42,622 bases of DNA from a virus (Duplodnaviria; Caudoviricetes), in the IMG/VR virus record IMGVR_UViG_3300008004_000018, positions 1 to 42,622 of that record; one strand, 5' to 3'. Shown piece by piece: positions 9,174 through 17,160 of this stretch (positions are counted from its first letter, which is position 1; each line of letters starts with the position of its first letter). The translations under genes and the position numbers were made by a program. The notes under the pieces are model-generated. The model did no database searches. It had not been told where the DNA came from and worked only from the letters and a program-made list of their open reading frames with translations.

Positions 9174-9680
9174 CTAGTCTACTCGTTTCAATAAATCCTC
9201 TCTAAGACTGCTACGTACCGCAGTTGCTGATAATTGCTTTTTATATGCTTCAGTCATTTTTACGTCAAGCTCATATGACGTGTGCTCAAAGTAGTCAAAG
9301 CCTAATACGTCAGATTCCTCTTTACTTGGCGTTACTGAATCAATCCACCTAACTACTTCATATTGAGCAGTGAACCTGTTAACAGTTACTATCCTGATAT
9401 AAACTGTAGCTTTTCCGTAAGGTTTGCTTATTATATCACCTGCTTTATACTGTGGTTTTAGCGTCCAGTCACCTAAGCATATAAACCTAAGGATGCTTAC
9501 CCATTTGAGGTTCAGGACGTTCTTGCGTATTAAATAACTGGCTACTAAGGTAGAGGGTACTCCTACCAGTGTTAGTAGGTTTATAGGCGGCTGCTTTACA
9601 CTGCGATCTACTACTACCACTGCGGCGGCTAGTAGATTAACAATTACCCAAACTACCGATACTACATACAACCAAGTCAT
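9174..9680 (-). CDS. Membrane-anchored member of the C-terminal-motif family
   Basis: One or two N-terminal hydrophobic helices, internal YKAGDII KOW-like motif, ends AVRSSLREDLLKRVD. Confidence 0.75.
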   Translation of the reverse strand: MTWLYVVSVVWVIVNLLAAAVVVVDRSVKQPPINLLTLVGVPSTLVASYLIRKNVLNLKWVSILRFICLGDWTLKPQYKAGDIISKPYGKATVYIRIVTVNRFTAQYEVVRWIDSVTPSKEESDVLGFDYFEHTSYELDVKMTEAYKKQLSATAVRSSLREDLLKRVD

Positions 9681-10057
9681 TTTAGCAAATCCTCTCTCAA
9701 AGCACCTCTGACTACTTGTGGTCTAGGGTCTATTTTCTTGCAATGCTTTTCATCGTGCCACCCATAAACACCGTGTGGGGTTACGCATTCCGGTAATACT
9801 GCGGTTTCTGTCGTGCTGAAATCAAAGAAATCTATGCCGACTGGGGGGTAGGTAGACATTAGTTTACCGCTACCTTCAACGTATTGTAGTAGTACGTAAT
9901 CATCTGGCTGCGGGAAAGTGTCGTTGGGGCGTGTCTCTATAGCTTTGCCGTAAGTATAATCCACTACCTCTTTACAGTCTTCCCATCTAGCTACTACTCT
10001 AAATAGGCAAATATAGCCTGCAAAAGTCACTACATCTCCAGCCTTTAATTTACTCAC
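9677..10057 (-). CDS. C-terminal-motif family protein
   Basis: Starts MSKLKAGDVV (KOW/SH3-like), ends RPQVVRGALREDLLK. Confidence 0.78.
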   Translation of the reverse strand: MSKLKAGDVVTFAGYICLFRVVARWEDCKEVVDYTYGKAIETRPNDTFPQPDDYVLLQYVEGSGKLMSTYPPVGIDFFDFSTTETAVLPECVTPHGVYGWHDEKHCKKIDPRPQVVRGALREDLLK

Positions 10058-10097
10058 TAGCTAAATCCTCCCTTAACGAGTCTCGCACTGCCTTGGG
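10050..10097. repeat. 48-bp dispersed direct repeat, copy 1 (copy 2 at 13497..13544)
   Basis: ttactcactagctaaatcctcccttaacgagtctcgcactgccttggg versus ttactcattagctaaatcctcccttaacgagtctcgcactgccttggg; one mismatch. Confidence 0.92.
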
Positions 10098-10367
10098 GCG
10101 TAGGTCTACTAATCTTAACTCCTCCTCATTTGCCCAGGTATAGTTTTTATCTCCATTACTATTTATATAAGCAGCTAAATCGCAGCTGAGGTCTACTTCG
10201 GTAACAGTTAATAGAGATGCTAGGGTTTGGTAGTCGGGCGTTAGAAGCGTGGGGTAAACGATTAACACAGTGCCATCGGCAATATCATAGCAGACTACTT
10301 CAAATAGCTGATCTGGAAGCCATCTACCATCTGACCTTACTATATCCCCTGGCTTAAACTTATTCAC
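10050..10367 (-). CDS. C-terminal-motif family protein
   Basis: Starts MNKFKPGDIV, contains WANEEELRLVD, ends RPKAVRDSLREDLASE. Confidence 0.78.
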   Translation of the reverse strand: MNKFKPGDIVRSDGRWLPDQLFEVVCYDIADGTVLIVYPTLLTPDYQTLASLLTVTEVDLSCDLAAYINSNGDKNYTWANEEELRLVDLRPKAVRDSLREDLASE

Positions 10368-10756
10368 CTATTCACCCCATACGTAATAGCTGTAGTCACT
10401 ACTGCCCCAGCCATGAAGTACAAGAAGATCTCCCAGGTCTTGCTATTCTCCGACTCTATGAGCTTTTTAGTGCTATCCTCAGCTCTAGTTCTCCATAAAT
10501 TAACCTGCTGACTTAGTACCTGATTGTCCTCTTGTATCAAGGCTATTTGCTTTGTCTGTAGACGCACGAGGTTGCTCTGTACGCCGAGTTCGTAGTTATT
10601 GAGGCGTACCTCCTTCTCAGCATCTAAAGTGAACAGGAAGCCCGTACAGGGCGTCTGAGCGCCTTCTTCTAAGTAGGTCACTGGCTTGCCACAAGCAGCA
10701 TAACTACCAATACTGTAAGTTATTGATAATACATAGGCTAGGAGTTTATTGCGCAT
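10364..10756 (-). CDS. Exported or lipoprotein-like protein with C-terminal transmembrane helix (spanin-like topology)
   Basis: Preferred start MRNKLLAYVLSITYSIGSYAA|C at 10756 (promoter immediately upstream), coiled-coil middle, hydrophobic C-terminus IFLYFMAGAVVTTAITYGV. Confidence 0.55.
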   Translation of the reverse strand: MRNKLLAYVLSITYSIGSYAACGKPVTYLEEGAQTPCTGFLFTLDAEKEVRLNNYELGVQSNLVRLQTKQIALIQEDNQVLSQQVNLWRTRAEDSTKKLIESENSKTWEIFLYFMAGAVVTTAITYGVNR

Positions 10757-10763
10757 ACTACCT

Positions 10764-10792
10764 ACTATGCCACAAATGTCTTTGGTTGGCAA
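10764..10792 (-). promoter_or_regulatory. Sigma70-type promoter with extended -10, predicted leaderless
   Basis: TTGCCA, 17-bp spacer ending TGG, CATAGT, then 7 nt to ATG at 10756. Confidence 0.5.
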
Positions 10793-10839
10793 GTATTTTA
10801 TTCATCAAGGTTTATAACAGGTTAGAACAAATTAGAGAT

Positions 10840-11097
10840 ATGTCTAAGCTTAAACGACTTCGAGAACGGCTAAAGTGTAACCAGCCTACTAGGTCTAATA
10901 GAGATGATAAGGTAAAGATGGTTAAGGCTTGCCAAGACGGTAAGGAAAAGATCATACACTTTGGCGACCCTAATCTTAGTGTTAAAAGTCATATTCCTGA
11001 GCGTAAGAAATCCTACTGTGCTAGAAGTGGCGGACTAGGTAAACTTAAAGACAAACTCAGTTCAAACTACTGGTCACGGAAAAATTGGAAATGTTAA
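10840..11097 (+). CDS. Small basic phage protein of the IHFG...RxxYxAR...SxxYWS type
   Basis: Likely start ATG at 10840 (MSKLKRL); KIIHFGD, RKKSYCAR and SSNYWSRKNW resemble a recurrent viral domain of unknown function. Confidence 0.7.
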   Translation: MSKLKRLRERLKCNQPTRSNRDDKVKMVKACQDGKEKIIHFGDPNLSVKSHIPERKKSYCARSGGLGKLKDKLSSNYWSRKNWKC

Positions 11098-11109
11098 AAG
11101 GAGAATAAT

Positions 11110-11283
11110 ATGTTTGGTGAAAATAAGAAGAAAAAGAATAAATACGGCTATAGCGAAGAAGCTAAGAAGAATTACGGAGACGCCTCTAAAGGATTCTTTA
11201 ATCGTGGCGCTTCAGACGATGAAGACGAAAAGAAGAAAAAGAAAGAGCCTGCTCTAAAAAGATTAAGGAACTTGTTTAAGTAA
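11110..11283 (+). CDS. 57-aa highly charged hypothetical protein (below the ORF-track cutoff)
   Basis: AAGGAG RBS, MFGENKKKKNKYGY...KRLRNLFK; its stop overlaps the next ATG (TAATG). Confidence 0.7.
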   Translation: MFGENKKKKNKYGYSEEAKKNYGDASKGFFNRGASDDEDEKKKKKEPALKRLRNLFK

Positions 11284-11564
11284 TGAAAGTTTTAAAAAAC
11301 ATCTGGGCGTGGGTAATTGCTGTTATCGGCTTTTTACTCGTAGCTTTAAAGATTAGCAACTCTAAAAAGAACGCAGCTGAAGCTAAGGCTGCCTTGAGCG
11401 ATACTAATAACAAACATGCTGAGCTAGAAGGTAGTCGCGCTAATATAAGAGAAAATCTAATCTACTTAGAAAAGAAAAAACAGGAGCTGATAAATTCTCA
11501 GCCCCCGTCGGGATTAACTCCTAAGCAAGTCGAAGCTTATTGGGCTTCTAAAGAGCGTAAATAG
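11283..11564 (+). CDS. Membrane protein with N-terminal TM and coiled coil (i-spanin-like)
   Basis: IWAWVIAVIGFLLVAL hydrophobic helix followed by a helical charged region. Confidence 0.55.
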   Translation: MKVLKNIWAWVIAVIGFLLVALKISNSKKNAAEAKAALSDTNNKHAELEGSRANIRENLIYLEKKKQELINSQPPSGLTPKQVEAYWASKERK

Positions 11565-12307
11565 CTTTCCAGCATCTCAACTAAATCCTCTTTAGGAACT
11601 GCTATCATCCACCCTGCGTCATTACCCGCATAGATTACGCCTACTACATTACCGAAGAAGTTTACTGTAGGAGAGCCGATACTACCTCCCAGACCATGCA
11701 CCGTAGTATGTAAGGACTCACTTACCCTAATACATACTACCATACCTTGAATTACTACGGCTACAGTGCCAGTCTTATTTATACAGTAATCATGATCTTC
11801 CTTAGATAAAATCAAGGCTAATAAGGTATTAGACTTATGTAGTCCGATGAGTTGACCTTTGGACAAGGTAAACGGCATTACAGCTGGATGCCCTACTGCC
11901 ATGACCTCTTCTCCTAGCTCATAGCGGCTAGCTAACTGCAAACCTTTTATTGAGTGTTCAGTTTGAATCTCAAGTAAGCATAAATCAGCGGGGCTTTTTA
12001 CATGCGTCTTTTTTAAGGCTAATATGCGCTCTTTTCCATTAAGCGTATAGGTAGCCTGCGCTGCATCCTCTTGTAGATCACAAATGTGATCGTTGGTGAC
12101 AGCTAAGGTTCTACCTTTATACTCTAGCACAAAGCCCGTTCCTACTGGATATCCGTGTTTATTTTTCATTAACAAGGTACTACTCTGTGTTTTACTTCTA
12201 ATGTAATTGGAATGATACTGTGGAGCCTTTAGTACCATAAAAGCCCCTGCTATAAAGCTTATGGTCAGTAGTCCTACAATAAATATATTTTCTCTAAGTC
12301 TAGTCAT
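11537..12307 (-). CDS. Trypsin-like (S1) serine protease with N-terminal membrane anchor; catalytic Ser apparently replaced by Ile
   Basis: GTGFV, VTNDHIC (His), ADLCLL (Asp), VMAVGHP; GGSIGSP where GxSSGSP/GNSGGP is expected. Confidence 0.82.
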   Translation of the reverse strand: MTRLRENIFIVGLLTISFIAGAFMVLKAPQYHSNYIRSKTQSSTLLMKNKHGYPVGTGFVLEYKGRTLAVTNDHICDLQEDAAQATYTLNGKERILALKKTHVKSPADLCLLEIQTEHSIKGLQLASRYELGEEVMAVGHPAVMPFTLSKGQLIGLHKSNTLLALILSKEDHDYCINKTGTVAVVIQGMVVCIRVSESLHTTVHGLGGSIGSPTVNFFGNVVGVIYAGNDAGWMIAVPKEDLVEMLESYLRSLEAQ

Positions 12308-12551
12308 CTAATAAATCCTTTCGTAACGCAGCTCTAACTGCTTGTGGTCTTTCGTCTTGTACTAAATAATCCTCGAACGGTTGATATTCAACGATCCCTA
12401 GTGATGTAGCCAGCTTTAGTTTGTTAGGCATAGTAGTTACCACCTTACCTACTGGTATATATCGCGGATGGTTGGGGATTTTTGTATACACCCACTGTCC
12501 TTGTTTTAGGTGTACACCTTTAATCCATATGTAGTTATTAGGGTCCGACAT
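12300..12551 (-). CDS. C-terminal-motif family protein
   Basis: LKQGQWV KOW-like motif, ends RPQAVRAALRKDLLDD. Confidence 0.75.
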   Translation of the reverse strand: MSDPNNYIWIKGVHLKQGQWVYTKIPNHPRYIPVGKVVTTMPNKLKLATSLGIVEYQPFEDYLVQDERPQAVRAALRKDLLDD

Positions 12552-12557
12552 TTATAC

Positions 12558-13211
12558 CTAGAACTCCGTAACCTGATGGGCTAGTAAATTCAGCTTTTCA
12601 ATTACTCTGCTAGGGTAGAAGGCGGCATTGGCTACAGTAACCTTACTTACACCTTCTTGCTTAGCCCTAGCAATTACTATAGCCAAAGCATCCGTTAAGT
12701 CATGTGGTATTTCCCGATTCTTCAGTGTAATGTTAGATTTAATCTCAGTAGGCAGTAGTGGGATATAGGAACGCACGCAGTCTGCTGTAGGCTTCTTATA
12801 GTCTCGCTTAGTCTTGCCGTTTACTTTTTCAGTAATAGCTTTGATTCCTAAGATACCTCTCCAACTAGAGGCTGACAGCTCGTTATAAGCTACTCGGTGC
12901 TTAGCGCAGGACTTCTCAACGAATGCGTTGATGGTAGGAATCACAGCGGCAGAGCCTAACTGTTTAGGATTCATAAAATAAGCTTCAGTAGTAGCCTCTT
13001 CTGTAATCAAGTCGCTAGCTGCTCCTCCCACTAATAAGTCTAGTCCCGAGTCCATGTACAAGAAGCGCTGCCCTCTAGACCACTTAGTTCTAGTCCACAA
13101 CATACCCGCTGCTTTTATGTACAATTCATCTGGATTTAGGTCTGCTACTACATATGCAAGGTGACTAGCTGAGGGGTCAATTGCTAATAAAGTTTTACGC
13201 TTCTTGCTCAT
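12558..13211 (-). CDS. ruvC: RuvC-like Holliday junction resolvase
   Basis: LLAIDPS, TEAYF, SSWR and DLTDALAI RuvC-fold acidic motifs. Confidence 0.8.
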   Translation of the reverse strand: MSKKRKTLLAIDPSASHLAYVVADLNPDELYIKAAGMLWTRTKWSRGQRFLYMDSGLDLLVGGAASDLITEEATTEAYFMNPKQLGSAAVIPTINAFVEKSCAKHRVAYNELSASSWRGILGIKAITEKVNGKTKRDYKKPTADCVRSYIPLLPTEIKSNITLKNREIPHDLTDALAIVIARAKQEGVSKVTVANAAFYPSRVIEKLNLLAHQVTEF

Positions 13212-13504
13212 TTTAGTAGGTCCTTTCTTAACGCAGCTCTGACTGCTTGAGGACGGCTGTCTATTAGAGTTAGTTGAGCCTCATCAGCCCACCACATCTT
13301 AGCATTGGGGTTATACTTAGTCGTATCAAAATCAGACTCATCGCCTAAGTGGGGGGACCGGTGCAACTCCCATCCGTACTTTCCTTTGGAAATTTTACAT
13401 AGTAGCCCATATGGTTTTCTCTTTTTATACACCACCATACCTACTCCCACTTCTCTATCAGAGTAGCGTATTACCACCTCATCTCCTACCTTAAACTTAC
13501 TCAT
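13208..13504 (-). CDS. C-terminal-motif family protein
   Basis: Starts MSKFKVGDEVV, contains WWADEAQLTLID, ends RPQAVRAALRKDLLK. Confidence 0.78.
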   Translation of the reverse strand: MSKFKVGDEVVIRYSDREVGVGMVVYKKRKPYGLLCKISKGKYGWELHRSPHLGDESDFDTTKYNPNAKMWWADEAQLTLIDSRPQAVRAALRKDLLK

Positions 13505-13544
13505 TAGCTAAATCCTCCCTTAACGAGTCTCGCACTGCCTTGGG
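13497..13544. repeat. 48-bp dispersed direct repeat, copy 2
   Basis: 47 of 48 bases identical to 10050..10097. Confidence 0.92.
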
Positions 13545-13880
13545 TCGATTATCTGGCATTAGAGTTATGCACTGAAAAAAGCTCATGTCGTCCCTAGTTC
13601 TAACAAACTCGTCACCTACTTTAATACTAGAATAGGCTTCTATGTGACTCGTCTTAAGCTTAGCATCTAACCTAAACGTGCAAATCTTTGAGTCCATATC
13701 TACTAAAGTTAACTCCCACACATCTATAATAGAAGCACCCTTCAAGTTATTATGTAAAATACTTACGAAGTTAGTATCATCATATAAGTATTTAGCTCCA
13801 ATTTTTAAATTGGATGGGATTACGCGTATTGTCGGATATGGGAAGGTATAGCTAGATTTAAACATACTATTAATTGACAT
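13497..13880 (-). CDS. C-terminal-motif family protein
   Basis: LKIGAKY and IKVGDEF motifs, ends RPKAVRDSLREDLANE. Confidence 0.75.
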   Translation of the reverse strand: MSINSMFKSSYTFPYPTIRVIPSNLKIGAKYLYDDTNFVSILHNNLKGASIIDVWELTLVDMDSKICTFRLDAKLKTSHIEAYSSIKVGDEFVRTRDDMSFFQCITLMPDNRPKAVRDSLREDLANE

Positions 13881-13881
13881 G

Positions 13882-15084
13882 CTACCCTAAGTATACCGGA
13901 AATGATTTATAAAAGCAAGTAGGTCTGCTATTAGTTTCTACATAAAAGTTAATAGTTTGTCCAGCATGGCTATCAAAGCCCATAATAGCAGCGTATTCGT
14001 CCTGTCCACAGAGCGATTCATTGATAATATACTTACCACGTCCTAGACATAAATATTCATGCCAATGACCTGATCTCATCATATGCAGTACTTTGCCAAA
14101 CTGTGTTGATCTAGAAGCTAGGAGTCTATCTAAGCTTCTACGCTCCGTACCTTTTAAGTTATCTCCATGTTCGTACAAGATGTTATTGCCGTATACAGAT
14201 AGTATACAGTTGCTGCCTTCAGGAATAATGAAGTTTAAGTTAGTTAACCCTTTAGCAGCTGCTAGCATTCGTAGGGTATGGTACACTACCCAGCTCATGT
14301 AATGCTTGCCTGGCTTATTCATAGTCTTCTCACGCTCAACTCGGTCATGATTACCAGTAACGCAAGGTATATCAATAGCAATCCCTAGCAAAGCTAGAGG
14401 TTCGATAAGTTCGTCAAACAATAACTCAATAGCCCAACGCATCTGCTCCGAGTTACCGAACTCACAGCCTTTAGAAGACTCCATGCCATGCATAGAGCTA
14501 GACTCAACTAAATCTCCAATCAGTGCTAGGATGACTTTATCTACATTAAAAGACTCGCTCTCTCTGGCATGTTCTTCTAAGAATACTCGACGAAGCTCGG
14601 CTAATCGGCTACGTGCTACATCTAAATTAAAGGTGTCTGTAAGCTTACCGATGTGTATGTCGCTAACCATAAGCTCCATAGTCATGCTCTTTTTCTTAGG
14701 GTTTCGTTTAGGAGCTTTAATCTTAGCTCTAGGCTTATTGAACTTAATCTTACCTAGTGCAGCTTCGATGTCTTTTAAGGTTTGATCTTTGAGTAGCTGC
14801 TTATCGCCTAGCTTACGCTCTAGCTCCTTCAGGTACTTGTTAGTAGACTGCTGCCTTCTAATATGTACTAGATCTTTCTCAGTCATAGGGAAATAGGAGC
14901 TTTTGATGGCAGGTAATCCGCCTAGTTTAGTGACATCCCAGTTACTGATACCTTCTACGGTCTTATAGATCTGAGCAGCTGTAACTTGGCTAGGGTGTAT
15001 TTCTTCTTGTATAGCTACGGTTTTAATAGCCCCTAGAATACGTGATAAGCGTTGCTCATCGGTTAGTTCTTTTTTGTTAGTCAT
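13882..15084 (-). CDS. Calcineurin-like metallophosphoesterase (large phage type)
   Basis: SDIHIG, GDLVE, GNHDR, HGD and GHWHE motifs. Start 15084 preferred (GGAG RBS); the ORF track gives 15099. Confidence 0.88.
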   Translation of the reverse strand: MTNKKELTDEQRLSRILGAIKTVAIQEEIHPSQVTAAQIYKTVEGISNWDVTKLGGLPAIKSSYFPMTEKDLVHIRRQQSTNKYLKELERKLGDKQLLKDQTLKDIEAALGKIKFNKPRAKIKAPKRNPKKKSMTMELMVSDIHIGKLTDTFNLDVARSRLAELRRVFLEEHARESESFNVDKVILALIGDLVESSSMHGMESSKGCEFGNSEQMRWAIELLFDELIEPLALLGIAIDIPCVTGNHDRVEREKTMNKPGKHYMSWVVYHTLRMLAAAKGLTNLNFIIPEGSNCILSVYGNNILYEHGDNLKGTERRSLDRLLASRSTQFGKVLHMMRSGHWHEYLCLGRGKYIINESLCGQDEYAAIMGFDSHAGQTINFYVETNSRPTCFYKSFPVYLG

Positions 15085-16024
15085 TAGGTAATTCTCCATT
15101 TTCGTAAGGTATATACGTACTAACCCAGCTATCTCTGTGCTGTTTTTTATAGTCTTCGATGGCCTTAGGATCGTTAGGTATGATACCCGAGCCTGTAATT
15201 ACATACTCGCCGCTGCTTGATAAATCCGATAAGTGGTTCTTTACTACTTTAAGCTTACAGACTGTTCCAAACACAACCTTATTTCCATTTACTGTGGCTT
15301 GTAGTCTTTTGCCTTCCTTAACCTCAATACACATGCTAAGAGGGAACCAAATCTTCTCGCCGCCATTAGGTACTATCGTAGCGATGCCGCCAGCAAACTC
15401 AGCAGGCTTTACGTAAGCTTGAGTCAAGGCTAGCAGCGTAGCTGTTCCCTTAGAGTCTTCTCTACGTGTTGCCGTCAGGCGTTTCATAATTATAGGGTTG
15501 TAATACCCTATTACAGAGGCATTCTTTTGTGGACCATATCGCTTCTTAATGGAGCCGTCTTTGCTTATTTCCATAGACTCTACTGATGGAGTAGAGGCTA
15601 CTGAGTCCCACAAGAATAATACATCATAAGGCAGTTTACCTGTTTTTACATCCTCGATCTTCTGTGATATATAATTATACACATCTTCTAGGTATTCTAG
15701 GTCTTCTCGTATGATGGCAGCCGACTTAGAAATGTCTAAGCCTTGGTTCTGTGCGTGAGTCCAGTCCATCTTGTTTTCTGTAATAATAAGTATCGGCACT
15801 ACTCCCTGACGCTGCGCTTGTACGGCAGCTTGTATCATTAGGTTAGTTTTACCTGAGTTGCTTAGTCCGTATGCTACTGACATAGTACCCTTTCGTAGCC
15901 CTGGCATACCTATGGCCTCTGATACTTCCTTTTGTAGGATGATATCCTCGTCAGGCTTATATACTACGTCTACTTTATCTTCTGAATCTGAATAAGCTTC
16001 TAAATCGAACTTCTTTTTACTCAT
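15077..16024 (-). CDS. RecA/UvsX-like recombinase ATPase
   Basis: Walker A GLSNSGKT, ITENK, Walker B FLWDSVAS, PNGGEKIWF, KVVKNH. Start at MSKKKF (16024), directly downstream of a promoter. Confidence 0.87.
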   Translation of the reverse strand: MSKKKFDLEAYSDSEDKVDVVYKPDEDIILQKEVSEAIGMPGLRKGTMSVAYGLSNSGKTNLMIQAAVQAQRQGVVPILIITENKMDWTHAQNQGLDISKSAAIIREDLEYLEDVYNYISQKIEDVKTGKLPYDVLFLWDSVASTPSVESMEISKDGSIKKRYGPQKNASVIGYYNPIIMKRLTATRREDSKGTATLLALTQAYVKPAEFAGGIATIVPNGGEKIWFPLSMCIEVKEGKRLQATVNGNKVVFGTVCKLKVVKNHLSDLSSSGEYVITGSGIIPNDPKAIEDYKKQHRDSWVSTYIPYENGELPND

Positions 16025-16031
16025 ACGTACT

Positions 16032-16060
16032 ACTATACAGTATTGGAACATTATATGCAA
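16032..16060 (-). promoter_or_regulatory. Sigma70-type promoter, predicted leaderless transcript of the RecA-like gene
   Basis: TTGCAT, 17-bp spacer, TATAGT, then 7 nt to the ATG. Confidence 0.55.
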
Positions 16061-16084
16061 GTAATTTATTTATCGTAAATATAC

Positions 16085-16113
16085 TTGACATCTGGCACGA
16101 TCTTTGCTATAAT
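16085..16113 (+). promoter_or_regulatory. Consensus sigma70 promoter with a nested sigma54 (-24/-12) consensus
   Basis: TTGACA-N17-TATAAT with TGn extended -10. CTGGCACGATCTTTGCT (16092-16108) matches YTGGCACGrNNNTTGCW. Confidence 0.85.
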
Positions 16114-16130
16114 ATAGATACACAAGGACG

Positions 16131-16748
16131 GTGATAAGGCTTATGGATGAGCCCTCTAATAACAATAAAGACGAATTTCTACTAGATATTGACGACTTAA
16201 TCGAAGCGGCTAGCTCCGAATCAGAAACCTTTTCTACAGAAGCTTCATCTCTAGACCCCTACCATATTCAGGTTCGAGACTTCATCAGGGAGCAAAAGCT
16301 ATTAGCTGGAGCTACTTATGTCCCGTCTGATGTGGTCTATATGAAATATTCTGACTGGAGCCCTAACCCTTGCACTAAGCATAAGTTTACCTCCATCATG
16401 CAAACCTACTACACAACACGTAGAATCATGGGCTATACTTGCATGAAACTAGACCCCGAGTCCTTGGGGCTACCTCCTTACTATACTATCTATAAAGACG
16501 CAGCCTTCAACAAGAAGGGTCGGAAGTTCGACAGCTCCTATGAGGGCGTCTATAAAGCCTCAGGTTACTTCATATCGCGAATTAAGCTAGAAGATGGCAC
16601 TCACTACCTAGGTCAATTTAAGACCGACAGGCTGGCTGCTATGGAGTATGACAGGCACGCATTATATCACTTCGGACCTACTACTAAGTTAAACTTCCCT
16701 GAAAGGCTAGCAACATATGAGCAAGAACTCAAAGAAAAAGAAGACTAA
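16131..16748 (+). CDS. AP2-domain DNA-binding protein with a possible winged-helix middle domain
   Basis: C-terminal SSYEGV...ISRI...HYLGQFKTDRLAAMEYDRHALYHFGPTTKLNFP is an AP2 fold; no HNH motif; acidic N-terminus. Confidence 0.8.
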   Translation: MIRLMDEPSNNNKDEFLLDIDDLIEAASSESETFSTEASSLDPYHIQVRDFIREQKLLAGATYVPSDVVYMKYSDWSPNPCTKHKFTSIMQTYYTTRRIMGYTCMKLDPESLGLPPYYTIYKDAAFNKKGRKFDSSYEGVYKASGYFISRIKLEDGTHYLGQFKTDRLAAMEYDRHALYHFGPTTKLNFPERLATYEQELKEKED

Positions 16749-17160
16749 ATACAATCAACAGCAGTATGCATCGTTTAACCCTAAATACCAAGTGGGTAAT
16801 AGAAGATCACTACTTACAGATATTGATTATCTAGATAAACTCAACGATGAAGAAAAGGAATGGCTTAATAGGTTCTTGCAAGAAACTGTGGTCACTAATT
16901 TTAATCATGGCGGGGAAACTCTTATTGACGACCCTGAAAAGCGTAGAGCCTTATACAGAGAGAATAACGCTAGGAATAGGGATATGTATAACTTATACAG
17001 GGCTAAGGGAGTATTCTTGAATGATAAAGAGTCAGACGACTTCAGACCTGACATGGATGACAGATTGCAAGTTTATAAGGGTGTAGATGTTAGCAAAGCT
17101 GAGCAAGAAAACTGGATGACTACCTTACTATTTATTAAGAAGAAGTTAGAAGATCGTTAA
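16717..17160 (+). CDS. Hypothetical protein
   Basis: 147-aa ORF overlapping the AP2 gene; DYLDKLNDEEKEWLNRF and NNARNRD segments. Confidence 0.75.
   Translation: MSKNSKKKKTKYNQQQYASFNPKYQVGNRRSLLTDIDYLDKLNDEEKEWLNRFLQETVVTNFNHGGETLIDDPEKRRALYRENNARNRDMYNLYRAKGVFLNDKESDDFRPDMDDRLQVYKGVDVSKAEQENWMTTLLFIKKKLEDR

Noticed and set aside
10723-10839. Extended starts given by the ORF track (10723, 10792, 16060)
   Set aside because: They run through promoter elements; downstream ATGs at 10840, 10756 and 16024 fit better.
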